This document shows positions 53,061-54,919 of a stretch of DNA of 54,919 nt, one piece after another; within the stretch, counting starts at the first letter, position 1, and every line of letters starts with the position of its first letter. Origin of the DNA: Mizuhopecten yessoensis (lineage: Eukaryota). The notes beneath the pieces were generated by a model. That model worked only from the letters and a program-made list of their open reading frames with translations, did not search any database and was not told where the DNA came from. Location: NCBI RefSeq assembly GCF_002113885.1, contig NW_018408918.1:62001-116919 (forward strand). The letters are read 5' to 3'. The position numbers and the translations under genes are program-made.

Positions 53061-54812
53061 TTGAATCTTGGAGACTTTTTCGAACATTTTAAAGCTGTAA
53101 GTAGTGGCCATGATGATGCTACTGATAATCCAAATACTTCAGACTACGACAATTCACAGATTTATGACGAATTAGATTCTCCTATAACAGATAAGGAAGT
53201 ATTGAGTGGTTTAAAAAGCGCTAAATTAGGTAAATCCCCCGGTTTTGGAACCAATAATGCTATTTTTGCTTTACATGGTATAATTAAGAAAATGCTTTCT
53301 AAAAATCGTAAGCTTTACTGCTGTTTCGTTGACTATCGTAAGGCCTTCGATAGTGTGAATAGAAATAAATTATTTTTGAAATTTTTTCATAATGGAATCA
53401 GAGGAAAATTATTTAATATTTTGAAATCTTTATATGAAGGTTTAAAGTCCTGTGTGAGATATAAGTCTGAATTGTCTGAATTTGTTTCGTGCTCACGAGG
53501 CTTGATGCAAGGGGAGGGGTTATCTCCCTTCCTTTTCTCCATGTATGTGAATGATTTTGAAAATGAACTTATTAATACTTCCTGTGACGCTTTATTCTTA
53601 AGAGATATTTCTCTGTTTCTTTTTATGTATGCAGATGATACTGTCCTTTTCTCAGAATCTGCCTCTGGCTTGCAGAAAATGTTAGACTCCTTAAAACAAT
53701 ATAGCGACAAATGGCAATTGACAGTCAATATGGAAAACACAAAAATTGTTGTATTTCGTAATGGCGGAAGATTACGAGCTGCCGATTTTTTTTACTTTAA
53801 TGGCAATGAAACAGAAATTGTTGATAGATTTAATTACCTTGGTGTACTGATCAGCTTTAATGGTAAGTTTACAAAAACTCAAGTAACTATTGCTGAACAA
53901 GGTCGTAAATGTATGTATAATACGTTAAGAATTTGTAACAATTTGTCCCTCAATGTAGAATCTAAACTTAATGTTTTTGATGTCTATGTTTCCCCCACTC
54001 TTAATTACGGTTGCGAAACATGGGGTTTCAATATTGCGGACAAAGTAGAAAAAGTGCATGTCGATTTTTTAAAAAGAATTCTGAATGTACAAAACAGTAC
54101 TCCATCTTTTATGGTATATTTGGAATTAGGACGTCTGCCTTTGCATATCATCAGGAAGTGTCGAATAATCAAATATTGGTTGAAACTAATTAAATGCGAC
54201 AATTGTTTTCTTAGGTCAGTTTATGAAGATATGGATGAATGTAATCACAGAAACTGCAATTGGCGCTGTCAAGTTAGAAAATTATTATTGTCTTCTGGTT
54301 TTGGTAATGTCTGGTTAACTCATTATGTTGATAAATGAAAGGGTATTTTTACATTGTTTCAAGCAGCGTTTGACAGATGTTTTATTCAAACAAGGAATGA
54401 ATTTGCTGAAAGATCATCCAAATGTTATTTGTATAAATTCCTGATAGATAACTTTACGTTACAATTTTATCTAACAAAGTCTATTCCAGATGCGTATCTT
54501 AAACTTATTTTGAAATTACGACTTTCATCGCATCAGTTGTATGTAGAAGAAGGTCGGTATCGTAATATTCCGAGGGCGAATAGGTTATGCCGTTATTGTA
54601 ATCAAAACCAGGTAGAGGACGAGTTCCATTTTGTTCTGATTTGTCCACTCTATGTTGATATTCGTAAAAAGTTCATTAAAAAGTATTACTGGAGCCGCCC
54701 ATCTTCATATAAACTTGTCCAGCTGCTGGCTGTACATAACAGAAAAGAGCTGTGTAATTTAGGAAAATATCTGCAATCAAGTTGGTTAGAACGGTCTAGA
54801 TTCCAACCTTAG
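53061..54812 (+). mobile_element. degenerate, 5'-truncated non-LTR retrotransposon (CR1/L2 group) ORF2: reverse transcriptase + C-terminal Cys/His motif
   Basis: FVDYRKAFDSV, GLMQGEGLSPFLF, YADDTVL, FNYLGV and RLCRYC...EDEFHFVLICPLY. There is an internal deletion after GKSPG and the frame is disrupted near 54335-54380. Confidence 0.92.
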
Positions 54813-54919
54813 GTTATTGTGTTTTTTATCACACTAACATTTGAGTACTTGTTTATTTCCAGGTTAACACATATTGTTTTGTCCATCCCCTGATCACTAC
54901 ATCACTGTATACAAATTGT

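Overview
AT-rich, intron-containing animal genomic DNA, most likely a bivalve mollusc (inferred from the SINE, MITE and L2 repeat types). Left to right it contains: (1) the last seven coding exons and 3' UTR of a SCUBE gene (+, 412-5166); (2) a candidate spliced orphan gene with a short Ser/Arg-rich ORF (-, ~11.4-17.5 kb); (3) a four-exon gene for a ~299-aa secreted protein with a fibrinogen/GON-like N-terminal segment, an unfamiliar core and one EGF repeat (-, 21863-23896); (4) a tandem array of five paralogous ~170-aa genes (+; 30869, 35821, 42517, 45427, 51531; three intact, one truncated, one pseudogene); (5) a degenerate CR1/L2-group LINE reverse transcriptase at the right end, plus many SINEs, hairpin MITEs and a 40-bp minisatellite. 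The array is the main find. Its proteins align by eye with the C-terminal domain of PHYHIP but lack the FN3 domain, and carry a YHxT...GVWF...SPYG...WVE signature in the order and spacing of an ADP-ribosyltransferase (ART) catalytic core. This suggests a lineage-expanded, birth-and-death family of minimal stand-alone ART-like effectors. All family assignments are by eye and from memory; no searches were run.
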